Positions 46,365 through 58,848 of a stretch of 64,000 nucleotides of DNA are shown in pieces; positions within the stretch are counted from its first letter, which is position 1, and every line of letters begins with the position of its first letter. Made by a program: the position numbers and the translations under genes. The stretch is from Flaccisagitta enflata. Taxonomy: Eukaryota. Under the pieces are notes generated by a model. The model searched no databases. It saw only the letters and a program-made list of their open reading frames with translations, and was not told the origin of the DNA. The DNA lies in assembly GCA_965153355.1 (NCBI GenBank), contig OZ231126.1:9796001-9860000 (forward strand), read 5' to 3'.

Positions 46365-48887
46365 GTGCCCCAACAATCACCCAAATCTCAAGATGCGTTG
46401 AAACTACTCATCTTAACAACCACTTCTCTGTTCTCCCCTCCTCTCTCCGCCCCTGACTGTTCACTTCGTGTGTGTTCTCTCTGTCCGATGTCTGGCCCAC
46501 AAATCTGTCAATCTTACAGAGCGAGGAGAGAAGAGGCGAGAACGAACGCAGAAGTCCTCAAGCGCGTGCTCTTTCTAATATTCTTCTTCAAGATTGTTCA
46601 ACCGAGTGCTGTCACTATTAACATCCCTGACCCTCGGGCTCCCTGCATTAGTTTAGAAATGGCCCTGCCCATTGTCAAAATACAAAATTCACCCCCCTCG
46701 ACTCTCGATATGAGCTTTGATTTTGATATAAAGACCCTGTATTCTCAAAGGTACGGGCAAAAGGCCCCCACTAGTGATAATCATAAAGAAGTGTTTAAAT
46801 GCGCCACTCAGGTTGGGGAAGAAATATCCAAATTGATAGACTCTTTCATTTTACGTGTCATTGACTTGATTGAACTCAGACAGGAATCTTATTTGACCGA
46901 TGGGGAAAATTACAATGACGCGGACAAACAGACCAACAAACCTCGCCGTCGCGAAACCAGAAGTGGGATGAATCCTCGCTCGAACAGATCATCTCATGGT
47001 TTGTCCGAGGGAGAAAAATCTCATCTTCGAGAAGCGATAGAGCTGACAAATGAACAGTGGTCGTTTTCTGACCACTGGCTTGACGAACAGATTAGGAGCG
47101 ACCTCTCGGGGGGGACAAATTCAACTGAGTTTGGTGACATCAAAATTAGGAACAAAAGGGATCCCGCGACATTCATAAGTATTGTCATATCTCTTATCGC
47201 GTTGACAGCTACGGCGTCAACCAGTCTGTTCCTCGGCGCGCGTCTGGAAAAACTGGTTGACTATGTAGACTCATTAAGCAAAGCCGTTGAAGGTGATTGG
47301 CAATCAATTCAAGTAGGATTCAAAAATCTGATTTTATTAAAGGATGGATATGGTTCCATGGCTGCCGGCGCTCATTACATGAGTCAAACCATCCGGCGCC
47401 TACTAGAATATAATTTATGTCACATACAACAAACTAGACTCTTTTTCGAGATGAGAGCGATTGCCAACCGCCTTGACGGCATTTTTGAAAGCTTGGTATT
47501 AGGAAAGTTCAGCACTAAGATTCTCCCTCTACCACTCCTTAAGGAAATTTTCTCCCAGAGTTCGATCGCCGATGATGTTTTGAGCAAAGCTGTTCCGACC
47601 TCGTTCTATCAAGGGGCTAGTCTGTCTGTCCTCTCTGCCGATCGAGCTAAAAAGAGCGTCCGTCTAATATTTGTCGCACCACGCATCGAGCGAGAGCCGA
47701 GTTATCGAGTTTTGAAAGTACACTCTGTTTCATCAACTATATCCGTGAATGGCCGCATCTTTGACCGAGTTTTCTCTTTCGATGCTGACAAGATTGCTAT
47801 CCCGATCGATCTCTACGAAAAACATCACGATGATATGATCTTATCTGCAGCGGAGGTGCAGCAATTACGCATCCCGACCGAGTGTAGCTTTACCAACGGT
47901 CTGTTTGGATGTAGGAATTTTCTCTCTCTCCCAAGTCAGGTTTCATCGTGTCTCGCAGCTGTATTCGCTAGAGATTGGCCGAAGATGCAGTCCCAGTGTC
48001 GGATCAGAATGATCCCTCAGGCCCATCATCACCCAGTGTCCACTAGTTCAGGTTCCACGGGGATGTTACTTAGCTGCGTTTCTACTTACCGTCTGTACGG
48101 AATTGATCACACAAAATCAAAACACTACCAGAGAGAGGATTTAACCAAGATGGCCACCCGTGACGCATCAACTTCTTTGTGCGTCTGGGTGCCTTTACAC
48201 TTTAGTAAAATTCAAATTTTGGACGATCAAGGAAATAGACTAGATGAAATTGAACAGGATACCAAACTTATGATCAGGAATGGGTTGGTAAGAGACATAA
48301 CTGATTACGAAACTAAACATTTCCACTATTTCCAACGACAAGTTACAATGGACAACATGAGTCTTCTCAACTTTACTGGTCATTACGAGGACATTAATTC
48401 ACATTGGGGAAATATTGGCAAGCATGATCTGCCCGTTTTTGATATGAATGAAGAGCGTAAGATTTTCCTTGAGATTGGACTGGCCGTTGTAGTTGCGTTC
48501 ATCCTATGTTTGTATTTGGCCAAACTTGCGATGTGTCTGAGACGAAGGTACGCCCGTCCAACTGCCGGCCAGGCTGGTAGAGCCCGAGCTCAAATCACTT
48601 ATGCCCGCTCCGCCTCTCCGACGGTTACTCTTAACCTCCCACCAGCCTTGCCCCCGCCAAATCCTAACCGCCAAAACGATTCCCAAGATGATGATCTAAC
48701 CGAACCCAAGGATCGTCGCCCACGAGGCTTGAATCCCCCCTCGCCGACCAGTCAAGTGAGCTTTGTCGAAGATTGCAGCGGTTGTCCCGATCGCGATCCA
48801 ATCTTTGACCCCCGCGATTTTGTTGGTCGCGAGAGTCATCCTCCACAGACGCTTCCTCCCAAACCAGCGCGTGTGCAGACCACCTAA
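46365..48887 (+). CDS. env: Envelope glycoprotein, class I fusion-protein architecture (first ATG 46488)
   Basis: Hydrophobic VLFLIFFFKIV, furin-type RNKR (47148-59) followed by hydrophobic DPATFISIVISLIALTATASTSLFLG, heptad-like LEKLVDYVDSLSKAV, Cys-rich ectodomain, TM IFLEIGLAVVVAFILCLYLA (~48462-48521), Pro-rich tail. Confidence 0.88.
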   Translation: MPQQSPKSQDALKLLILTTTSLFSPPLSAPDCSLRVCSLCPMSGPQICQSYRARREEARTNAEVLKRVLFLIFFFKIVQPSAVTINIPDPRAPCISLEMALPIVKIQNSPPSTLDMSFDFDIKTLYSQRYGQKAPTSDNHKEVFKCATQVGEEISKLIDSFILRVIDLIELRQESYLTDGENYNDADKQTNKPRRRETRSGMNPRSNRSSHGLSEGEKSHLREAIELTNEQWSFSDHWLDEQIRSDLSGGTNSTEFGDIKIRNKRDPATFISIVISLIALTATASTSLFLGARLEKLVDYVDSLSKAVEGDWQSIQVGFKNLILLKDGYGSMAAGAHYMSQTIRRLLEYNLCHIQQTRLFFEMRAIANRLDGIFESLVLGKFSTKILPLPLLKEIFSQSSIADDVLSKAVPTSFYQGASLSVLSADRAKKSVRLIFVAPRIEREPSYRVLKVHSVSSTISVNGRIFDRVFSFDADKIAIPIDLYEKHHDDMILSAAEVQQLRIPTECSFTNGLFGCRNFLSLPSQVSSCLAAVFARDWPKMQSQCRIRMIPQAHHHPVSTSSGSTGMLLSCVSTYRLYGIDHTKSKHYQREDLTKMATRDASTSLCVWVPLHFSKIQILDDQGNRLDEIEQDTKLMIRNGLVRDITDYETKHFHYFQRQVTMDNMSLLNFTGHYEDINSHWGNIGKHDLPVFDMNEERKIFLEIGLAVVVAFILCLYLAKLAMCLRRRYARPTAGQAGRARAQITYARSASPTVTLNLPPALPPPNPNRQNDSQDDDLTEPKDRRPRGLNPPSPTSQVSFVEDCSGCPDRDPIFDPRDFVGRESHPPQTLPPKPARVQTT

Positions 48888-50215
48888 GAGAAATGTTAGT
48901 CCAAATCTGCTGTCAACTCATTTGCATATTGTGGCATTTCATTCGTTGACACGACTTACCAAAGATCAAAACCATTTCCACATCCATGACTTTACCCACT
49001 CTTCAGCTCGCTAGCACCATTATCTAACCATTTTAACAACCAATTAGCTCTGTTTTCTTTGTCCGTCAGTATGTACGTGATGTGTGCCCTGTATCACACA
49101 GATAGATGTTTAGATAGATGACTGTCGCCCCGAATTGAATATACCTCAATATCTGAATCTGTGCTTGCTTTCTTAAGAAAGAACGTCATATTCCTAATAT
49201 TCCTTTTTCTGGCTATGACCTCCTTAGGACCTCACGGTTCTAGCTACAGGAAGGTCGCCTTGTAACAAGCTTAGATAGGGCTCCCAATGATCCTAGCTCG
49301 ATCAACAATCCTAGCTCGTTCGGGAGCCAGTTGAAATGTTCATGTTAGTGAATGTTGAAATCCAACCTTATTTGCATATTGCCGTCCTCTAAAATATTTG
49401 ATCCAGATGAGATAAAGACTTAGAATTTTTTCATTCATTTTTTCCAATGGCCACGAATCACGAACCTCAGATAGATCATTTTTTATGACTCAAAAAATTC
49501 TTATCGGGATGATCAGTTTGATTTTTACTACTGTTCTTCCTGTATCTTACATTCAGTATTGACTAAAAATATATAATTCCAAAATCATCTATCTCCTACG
49601 TTCGTGTATCCCGCACTGATCCTATCCAGTGTCTATCATTTGTGGCCAAGGCCTCCTAAGAACATTAAGGTTCTAATCTTGGATGGCCGCCTTACAAAGA
49701 CTTAGTCTGTACGATTGAAGTGATCGTGTCTGAAGAATGAAGACCTAGCCTCATTAGCATATTGCAGCGAGTTGTTGCCCCCCGACAAAAAGTGTCGGAT
49801 TAAAATTTTATCGCTTCGCGAATAAGCCTACCCTAGCGTAATTAGGAAGGTTTTTTATTTTGAGGGGACCTTAATAAAAATTTGCCAACTATAATCAATT
49901 TTTGTTGCCCGGATTTTTCCATTTATAATTTTTACTTGTGTGTGACCGAAATCATTATGCCGTTGAGAAAAATCTTTTAATCAAAACGAGTTCTGAAATT
50001 CCGTTAATAGCATATTGGCGCGATTTATGGGCAACGGCCACCCTGGAATCTTTGATTCTAAACCGGGAAGGTCGCCTTGAAATGTTAGTTAGATACAAGC
50101 TTGCATGTATATGCTTGAGACTTAACTTCCATAATTTTGAAGTGAATAGAAAATACAAAAATTTTTTTGCGGAAACTTTAACTCTACTTTGAGCTGGGGG
50201 GACAATGCCGGGGTC

Positions 50216-50232
50216 AAGGAATTGGGGGGATA
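50216..50232 (+). promoter_or_regulatory. Polypurine tract
   Basis: AAGGAATTGGGGGGA-TA immediately before the 3' LTR. Confidence 0.75.
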
Positions 50233-50802
50233 TGAGGTTTTTGGGGACTGCCTACTATGGTATTTCTATGGAAGCTTGGAAGCAACCCACTACCCCCAAA
50301 AACTCTCCCCATTGTGCCCTGCATATTTGAATGTACTAAATTCCTTTCCCCCTCATTTTGCCCCTTTGTGTGACTCTGTGCCTTGTAGGACTGTGTATTC
50401 AATGCCCCTTATCATTGTTGTGACCCGTTGCCTTACTGTTACATATTCCTGCTTCACATTCCTGTTATATACTCTGAACAGAGATCGCCTTTTTTGCCCT
50501 AGAACCTCACCCCAAAATGTATTCCCATTTTGTTTGTCCTCCACTGATAATATGTCTTCCTCTTCCTCACTCTCTCTGCCCAACTCCTATATAACCGGTC
50601 CCTCACCCAAGCTCAATGTTCTTTTTCTGTACTACAATTGCTGTTACGCTTTTTGCTGAATGTTTCTATACTTCAACAAATTAAAACGTGTCTCCGCAAT
50701 TACTTTGTCCTAAGAAAGGGAACCACCGCAAACTAACATCCAGTGTAATTCAGTCACACCATAGTCTGTGTCATTTAGCTACGTTTAGCGACACAAACTT
50801 TA
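50233..50802 (+). repeat. 3' LTR
   Basis: 570 bp, no differences from the 5' LTR seen by eye. Confidence 0.96.
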
Positions 50803-53495
50803 TATGCACGTTTTTCACTTTTAGGCTAGTAGGGTGGTTTGGTGGTAGGCTGGTTTAGATAAATAGTGTGCGTATGTTGAGTTCTTCCATTTAGAGACTC
50901 CATACCAAGTTTCAAACAATTTGGTTGAAAAATGTCCAATTTAAGTAAGTTTTTTCTTTTAGGCCGATAAGCTGGTTGGGTGGTAGGTCGGTTTGGCCGA
51001 TTAGCATGCTCAAATGCATATAAATCATATACATATGTTGAGGCCTTCCATTTAGAGACTCCATACCAAATTTCAGCCAAATCGGTTGAAAAATGCCAAA
51101 GTTATGCACGTTTATCACTTTTTGGTTGGTAGGCTGGTTGGGTGGTAGGCTGGTTTAACAGGATAAATAGTTTGCATATGCTGAGTCCTTCCATTTAGAG
51201 ACTCCATACCAAGTTTCAACCAAATCAGTTGAAAAATGACAAAGTTACGCAAGTTTTTCACTTTTAGGCCGGTTGGCTGGTTGGGTGGTAGGTCGGTTTG
51301 GCCGGTTAGCATGCTCAAATGCATATAAATCATATACATATGTTGAGGCCTTCCATTTAGAGACTCCATACCAAATTTCAACCAAATCGGTTGAAAAATG
51401 CCAAAGTTATGCACGTTTTTCACTTTTAGGCCGGTAGGCTGGTTGGGTGGTAGGCTGGTTTGACAGGATAAATAGTGCGCATATGTTGAGTACTTCCATT
51501 TAGAGACCCCATACCAAGTTTCAACCAAATTAGTTGAAAAATGACAAAGTTATGCAAGTTTTTCACTTTTAGGCCGGTTGGCTGGTTGGGTGGTAGGTTG
51601 GTTTGGCCGGTTAGCATGCTCAAATGCATATAAATCATATACATATGTTGAGTCCTTCCATTTAGAGACTCCATACCAAATTTCAGCCAAATCGGTTGAA
51701 AAATGCCAAAGTTATGCACGTTTTTCACTTTTAGGCCGGTAGGCTGGTTGGGCCGGTTGGGTTGGTCGGATCACAAAAATCGGATAGGATGTAAAGCGCC
51801 TTAACCTAGTACAACTTCCCACCAAATATGAACCAAATCGGTCAAAGCATAAAAAAGTTATCCATTTTTTAAAATCCGTCACGACGACGACGACGACAAC
51901 GACGACGACGACGACACCCACCCGCCTTGAATTATAGTCCGCGTCGGAATGATATTCCGTCGCGGACAAAAAGGGAAAGATCACGAGAGTCGATCACGAA
52001 AAGTAGGTTGGAAAAACCGTAATTAACATCGCGGTAATGCGATTTTTATACCGGGCGCCGAATCTACCATCTACACACACATCATTTGACTGAAAACGAT
52101 AGAAAAAGTCATAAAGACGAGATTTGTTAAAATATGTAAAATGATAGGCATAATTTCTTCTCTCTCGCCTTTCTTTAACAAGCCGGTAAAGAAGGGAAGT
52201 CCATTTTCAAAAAAAGGTTTCTTTTGATCATTTCGATATCCTATCTGCAGGTACCGGTAGAAGCAAATAATAAATGTTCTTTTTTAATAATACATTTATC
52301 TCAGCCAATAAGTATGAAAAGAAGCCCTGTGAAGGCATATCGATAAGAACGGATCAATAATCCACCCGCTTCTTTGGAAAACGACCGCCGCGCTATCTCA
52401 ATTCTCAATCTATGAATACATGTAGCTCAAGATCACAGGAATGGAACTGTACGAGTGTAATGAACAGAACAAAGCGGAAGTTTTGAAATTTGACGCAGAA
52501 AAGAGGAACCCCTTACAAAAATGATGAACGCGAATGAAAATTGAGCGAACAAGCATGGAGCAAAGAGAGAAATGATTATGGAGTATGGAGCAAACTGAGA
52601 ATAAAGAGATTTTAAGACACATGAATAAAGCGAGCGAACAAGCATGGAGCAAAGAAGGAAATGATTATGGAGCATGGAGCAAAGTGAGAATATAGAGATT
52701 TTAAGAGACACATGAATAAAGCGAGCGAGCAAGCATGGAGCAAAGAGAGAAATGAGCATGGAGTATGGAGCAAACTGAGAATAAAGAGATTTTAAGAGAA
52801 ACATAAACAAAGCGAGCGCAAGGAACGAAAGGAGAAACGCTCATGAAATCAACCAAGAATGGAATGACAAAAGAGATGAGCGTCGGTCAAACAAGGAGAG
52901 AGTGAGTCGAATGCGCGTGGAGCAAAAAACGAATAGACATCGAGCGAGTTGAATGAGCGAGGAAGGAAACAAGGAAAATGAAAAAGATGAGACACTGTCC
53001 TTTTTTTTCACCAAGTTTCTGGACAACAGAGACGCCCAATCGGCAAATGATGTCACGAACATTCAGTTCATTCGAGACTCGCTTAAATCTTAGATTAAGT
53101 AAACGACGCATGATGAAACCGAGTAAGAATTCGTTTGAGGACTAAATGGACAAGTTCCGGCTTGCTCATCGCTTTATCATCGTCACATTTCATTTCATTG
53201 AGGTCGCGATGGAAGGAAGATGCCAATATCTTCGATTAACAACCTCATCTCGGTCCATGTCTTCGCCAAATCGTTTTTCTCCATGAACTTCTCCTTTGGT
53301 TTACCCATTCCTTCTCAACTTCGTTACCATCACTTCAAATTCATCCCGTCGCTTTCCCTTTGGATTTTTACCGCCATTTCCAACTAGGACCGCGTCTCCT
53401 TCACCATCCCTGATTCTCGTCATCTTCCATTCCCTCGGCCATCATCATCATCATCGTCATCATCATCGTCGTCGTCGTCATCATCTCTTTCTCAT

Positions 53496-55920
53496 TCACA
53501 AGAAGTCGTTTCTGTGCATTAAATGTTCGAATTGGATTTCTAGTCCGATTCTTTGTTCCATGACTTCCTGCAGTTCTTGATTCATCTCGTTGTTGGTGGA
53601 GATTAATTGTTGACGAAAGTCCTTTAATTTACGGATCTTCGACGTCAAGTCCTGAAGAGTCGGGAAGAAAAATTAGCAGCCGGTAGATGAGAGAGTGCGT
53701 GACAGTGCGTTTGCTTGTGTATAATTGTCTGTCCCTCTCTACTGCACGTTATCTTCATTCATTATCTCAGGTAACCATGTATCATCTACTTTATCCTTTG
53801 AGTCATCGTCTTCGGGAGTGAGCGTTTCTCATCATCAATAGACTCGTCTCTGTAGCTGGGCATATCAGTCTCTCAATGTATCAAGATGGGGCTGAGGATG
53901 TGTAGAAATTGTGTGTGTTGTCCTCAAATAACTTACCTGTAGCTGGGCGTATCCTTCTCTGGAGATGGGACCGAGATGCTGCGGGCGCGGTAGTTCCGTG
54001 CCATCATCCAATCGTATCACTCCTTCAGTCTCTCGAATTCCGGCAGGACCAACAGACAGAGCCTCCAAACCAACGGCCAATGATTCAGAACCTGAAGATG
54101 ACGAAGAACGAAATTGCAAGTTGAGAGTGAAACCAGAATGAAAGACCAGCGACTGACAAGAGCCGAACGAGAGCTGAAGAAGAGCTGATCAAGAGCTGAA
54201 CAAGAACTAAACAAGAGCTGAACAAGAACTGAACAAGAGCTGAACAAGAAATGAACAAGAGCTGAACAAGAACTGAACAAGAGCTGAACAAGAACTGAAC
54301 AAGAGCTGAACGAGAGCTGAACGAGAGCTGAACGAGAGCTGACAAAACTACTGACAAAACTATCATTGGCGTGCAAGATAGCCTGCAATAGCTGTAAGTG
54401 GTTAAAGAATTTCCACACGATGATTATGGAATGTTGGAATGTTTCTAACCAGCGCTGACGTTGTTTACGGCCGAGCCAGGCGGTGGTTGCTGAGTCGACG
54501 GTGGCTGCGAACCACCTTGCTGCGCCGACGGTTGTTGCTGCTGCTGCTGCGTGGGCATGAACTGTTTGTTGAAATCCAATGAATTCTCGCGCGAATGAAG
54601 ACGAGGACGTGGAGGAGGAGGCGGAGGCTCAGCCAGCAACTAGGATTAAGTAAAAGATGTTTCATTCAACCATTGATCCATTCATTTGTTTATATATCCA
54701 GTTTATTTATTCATTTGTTTATTTATTCATTTACTCATTTCTTTTCGATCATTCTACCAGTAATGGCGGCTGTCGCCGTGAGGAAAAAAGTCGTAAACAT
54801 TGGTCACTTTTCACCTTGCTTTTGTCTTCAGTCACTGAATTTTTTTTATTTGTTAGATCAAATCAAAAGCAGTTGAATGTATTGATTGCACTGAAAAATC
54901 AAAGAAAAATAGAACTGAGCCAAATGAGCTAGATGAGCAAAAATAATCAAAATATTTCAACCAGACAACCAGCTTTGCTCACTGACATGCTTTCTTGTAT
55001 TTGCATGCTTAAATCAAAATATTAATTTATTCACCCTTTTCTAAATAAGAGAAAAAAAAGCAAGTTAAATGAGCTACATGAGCCAGAATACTTAAAAATA
55101 TCCTCACAGATGAGCAGCTCTGCTCACTGACAATTTTTTTATTTGCTTGGTAAAACAAATATGAAAATATTTATTCATTTATTGTATTTGAAATCAGAAA
55201 GAATAGACTGAGCTAAGTGAGCTAAATGAGCTAAAATGTTCAAAAACGCCCTCATAGATGAGCAGCTGTGCTCATAAACATGTTTTTTTGTATTTGCATG
55301 CTCAAGTAAACATAAATACACTCCTTTATTGATCCTACAAAAAATGAAAAAAAAGTTGAAAAAAATTTCATTCGAATTTTTCGTAAATAAATCTTTAAAA
55401 AATCATAGCGCGAAAAATATTTGGCATAGAGCATTCTGCTTGGCGCCAAATGAAAGAGAATAATCAAATTTACTTACACTATTAATTTCATCGGAGGCCT
55501 CAATCAGCCGGATGAGATTCACAACTTCCTCATAAGAAAATGAAAACCCTGTTTCTCTCGAATATGTCAAAAAGTCGAAGACTGACTTCGACTTTTTTCC
55601 CGATCATTTATTCATTTCTATCCATTCAAAGATTGTAACGATTTTTTGCGACTCGTTTCTTCCAATCCTCCTCGCTGACCACTCTCACCTGATTATGCGA
55701 CGATTGAGGCTGTGACGATTGCTGTTGTTGCGGCTGTTGTTGTTGCTGTTGTTGTTGTTGCGAGCCTTTGACTGCGACGGGATGCGCGATTTTCGATGAT
55801 TCGTCGCTGTGCGGTTTTTGAAAATCAAAGTTTAAAGGCTTTGTAGATCCCGGACTAGACAAAATACTCGATGTAGGAGATTCGGAGAAATGCGCCCATT
55901 GCTGTTGTTGTTGTTGTTGC

Positions 55921-55952
<32 letters not shown>

Positions 55953-58848
55953 GAAATGTGCAGGGGCCGAAGATAATCCTTCGGTATTGCCCGCTGACGC
56001 AGTCGCCGCCGAACTTCCCGCGTGAAACGCCTGTCCAGCCCCTCCTCCTCCTCCTCCAGCTCCACCTCCGCCACCCGCGGCACCGCCATGATGCTGCTGC
56101 TGCTGTTGTTGTTGTTGCATTTGATGTTGCAGCAGATGATGATGGTGTTCTAAATCGGCGAGTCTGTGGGCGGCGGAGAGATTGGCGGTGAGTGAGGCTA
56201 GTCTGGCGGCGGCCGCGGATTCTTCTTCGTGAATCGGTGGAAACGGAAGTAAAGACGACGGTAAAGTGTCCGGGATTTCGATCTCGTTCCGCCGCAGAAC
56301 CACCAAATGCATGCAAGTGCAAAACTCTTCCAAGTTGAGAGCCCCGTCGCGCGTCACGTCAGACAATTGCCAGATCTTGGACAGTTCGTGAATCGGAAGG
56401 CGAGATTTTTCGAAAAAGACTTTGGCCACCGCGCCGTGGATTAATCCTTCCACGTCAGCCTGTGGGGGGAATGGCGTCGAACGGGAAAGATTATCTATGA
56501 TTCAGAACTCCATCCCGTTTTTTTTCGGGGGGGGGGAGATGTATCTATGTGAGGTTTTCCCTGTCCTGGAATGAGGTTTTCCCTGTCCTGGAATCAAAGT
56601 TTTTAACCCTGGGGTCAGGTCATTGCATATTTCTGCTTATGTTTGTTTTTGGCCAAATTTTTCTCACCAAAACAAACACAAACCACGATACTCAAATGAA
56701 ACTTGCCTGCATGGTCTTGAATTGCGTGATGTAATACTCTCTTTGTTCGTCACTGATAGTCCAAACATCCTCCGTGTCAGACGCGGAAGAGAGAGAAGTC
56801 GTATCAAAGGAAGAGGATCGTTCTTCGCCCTCTCCAGGGCCGGAAGCGCCTGGCGCCTGACCGCCCCCACGTGAATCTCCAGCGTCGACGCCCATAGACA
56901 GCCCAGTATCATCTTCGTCAAAAGGGACCCAACCTATGAGATCACGACAAAAAAACAAGGCAAAACATGTGAGGGAAAATGATAACACAACTTGCAAATG
57001 AGATACTGCAGGTATATCCATGCATTTCTATAAACAAAGACAATATCAGCTTTAGCAATTATACCTTTAGCGGAAGTATTCATATTGTTATCGGTGACGA
57101 AGTTGTGATGAGGCACGGCAGAATTGGCGACTCCTCCACCGCTTTCACCACCGCTTCCGCCGCCGCCGCCGCCTCCGCCGCTGCCTGCACTCGTCATGGC
57201 GGCCTCGTGCGGGGAAAGTGGCGGAGCACCAGGCATCGGCGGTGCTAAGGGAATCTGAAAAGAAATGTATCGTCAACGTAATTCGTCTTCAATTAATTCG
57301 TCTTCAATTACGGACTGGTGCTAAGGGAATCTGAAAAGAAATGTATCGTCAACGTAATTCGTCTTCAATTAATTCGTCTTCAATTACGGACTGGTCTGTT
57401 GTTGGTCGACCATGACTCGGTTATCATCGAAATCATAGCGGAGCATTTGGCCGTTGGTCATTAAGAGGCGTACCTGCACGGCGGGCAATCCCGGTGAGGC
57501 AACGGGAGGCACAGCGGCGGATCTGGCGGGCGCCGCAGCCGAGGGCGACATTGGCGGCTTAGCGGGAGAAAACGGCGCACTTCCGCCCACTCGGAAGCCT
57601 GTTGTTGGGAGTGTGATAAGAAGGAATAGTATCACTTTTTAAGATAAAATATTGAAGCGCGTATCTTCAGCTTCACAAATCAGTGCCAGGCCTGTAAATA
57701 GTTGCATATTCCCCCCCCCTGGCAGGGGGGGGAATAAAATTAAAGGATTTGGAAATGGGGAAGAAAATCAAAGGGTAGAAAAACCAAAAACAGAAAAATA
57801 TAGAAGATATTACACTTTTGGCAGTACTAAAATGTAATATTTAGTCACCACAACACTATTTCATACTATTTAAACCAAAATATTACTATACAGTGGGTAT
57901 ATGGGGAAGAAAATCAAGTGTAGTTCTACCCTGCGGGGAAGAAAATCAAAGGACCAGGGGGGGGGGAAGAAATCAAAGGTCGCGCAACTATATACACCCC
58001 TGCAAATCACGCTAAGTCACGACTAAGCAATAACATTTCAACATAGATGGCTTACCAGGTGCGCCGCCCTGTTGGGGCTGAGTAGAAATGACGCCAGAGA
58101 CGGGATTATTGGCCGATGCCGTTGCAGCGCCGGAAGCAGCAGCAGCGTCGCCAACGACCGTCGCTTGAGACGCCGAGGAGGAAGAGGAGGAGGAGACCGA
58201 AGTTAGGTGCGTCATGCGTTGGTTAGATAAGGATCTCATGTGACCTTTATTCGGAGGCGGAGGCAAGACGCCGGTCGTGGACGAAGTCATCAAAGACGCC
58301 GAAGCGCCGGAAGGCAATAAAGGCGCCGCGCCACTGGATCCCGACGACGCCGGCATCGGCGGTCCGGCGGGGATGATGAAACTGCCGCCGACATTGTCCA
58401 ACGACGCCGCCGGATGTCCAGCGGCGTGGTGATGGTATGGCGCCGACGCCGTCGAGGCGGAGGACGAGTCATTAACGCCGGAAGTTGCCGCACCTCCGGT
58501 TTTGCCGGCAGCTACAGCGGCGGCGGCGGCGGTGGAGGAGAATTTCGGCAAAGGAACCTCGTTTCCGGAATTGGGGGCGATGGTCTCGATGGCGACCGGA
58601 AATCCGGCCTGTGCGGCGGCGATCAGCTTTAACGCGATGTAAAACTGACTTCGGCCGAAATGTCCCAACCGTTTGGCGCCGCATAATTCGGTGATGCGAT
58701 GCAGCGTCTCTTGCGGCAGACCGGAAGCGAGGAATAATTCGCCCGCGCGAACGCCCGTGATTCGTTTGATGCCACTGCCACCATTCTTCTCTTCCAAACG
58801 ATCGAATAACTCGCCGTAGAGTCGTTGCTCCGTTTCGGACAACTCCAT
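53496..58848 (-). CDS. REPS1: RalBP1-associated Eps-domain protein (REPS1/REPS2-like), multi-exon
   Basis: N-terminal EH LCGAKRLGHFGRSQFYIALKLIAAAQ; second EH WTISDEQREYY...FFEKSRLPIHELSKIWQLSDVTRDGALNLEEFC; C-terminal coiled coil NQELQEVMEQRIGLEIQFEHL. Not all internal exons were resolved. Confidence 0.88.

Larger units (their letters stand above)
26901..50802 (+). mobile_element. Giant (23,902 bp) env-containing Ty3/gypsy (Metaviridae) LTR retroelement, full length
   Basis: Paired 570-bp LTRs, TATG duplicated at 26897-26900 and 50803-50806, PBS, PPT, Gag-PR-RT-RH-IN order and an env ORF. Confidence 0.96.
26715..51972 (-). mobile_element. Helentron/DINE-1-like non-autonomous element interrupted by the LTR element (pieces ~26715-26900 and 50803-51972)
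   Basis: 13-bp subterminal inverted repeats GTCCGCGACGGAA (26745-57) / TTCCGTCGCGGAC (51955-67), hairpin 51937-67, (GAC)n microsatellite, central tandem repeats containing GAAAAATG(A/C)CAAAGTTATGCACG that join across the insertion. Confidence 0.7.

Noticed and set aside
50826-51984. Repeated WLKFGMESLNG ORFs
   Set aside because: Translations of non-coding tandem repeats in the HINE-like element.
52410-54418. Hydrophobic repeat ORFs (52433-52810, 54017-54418)
   Set aside because: Derived from ~110-bp and 11-bp tandem repeats in UTR/intron sequence.
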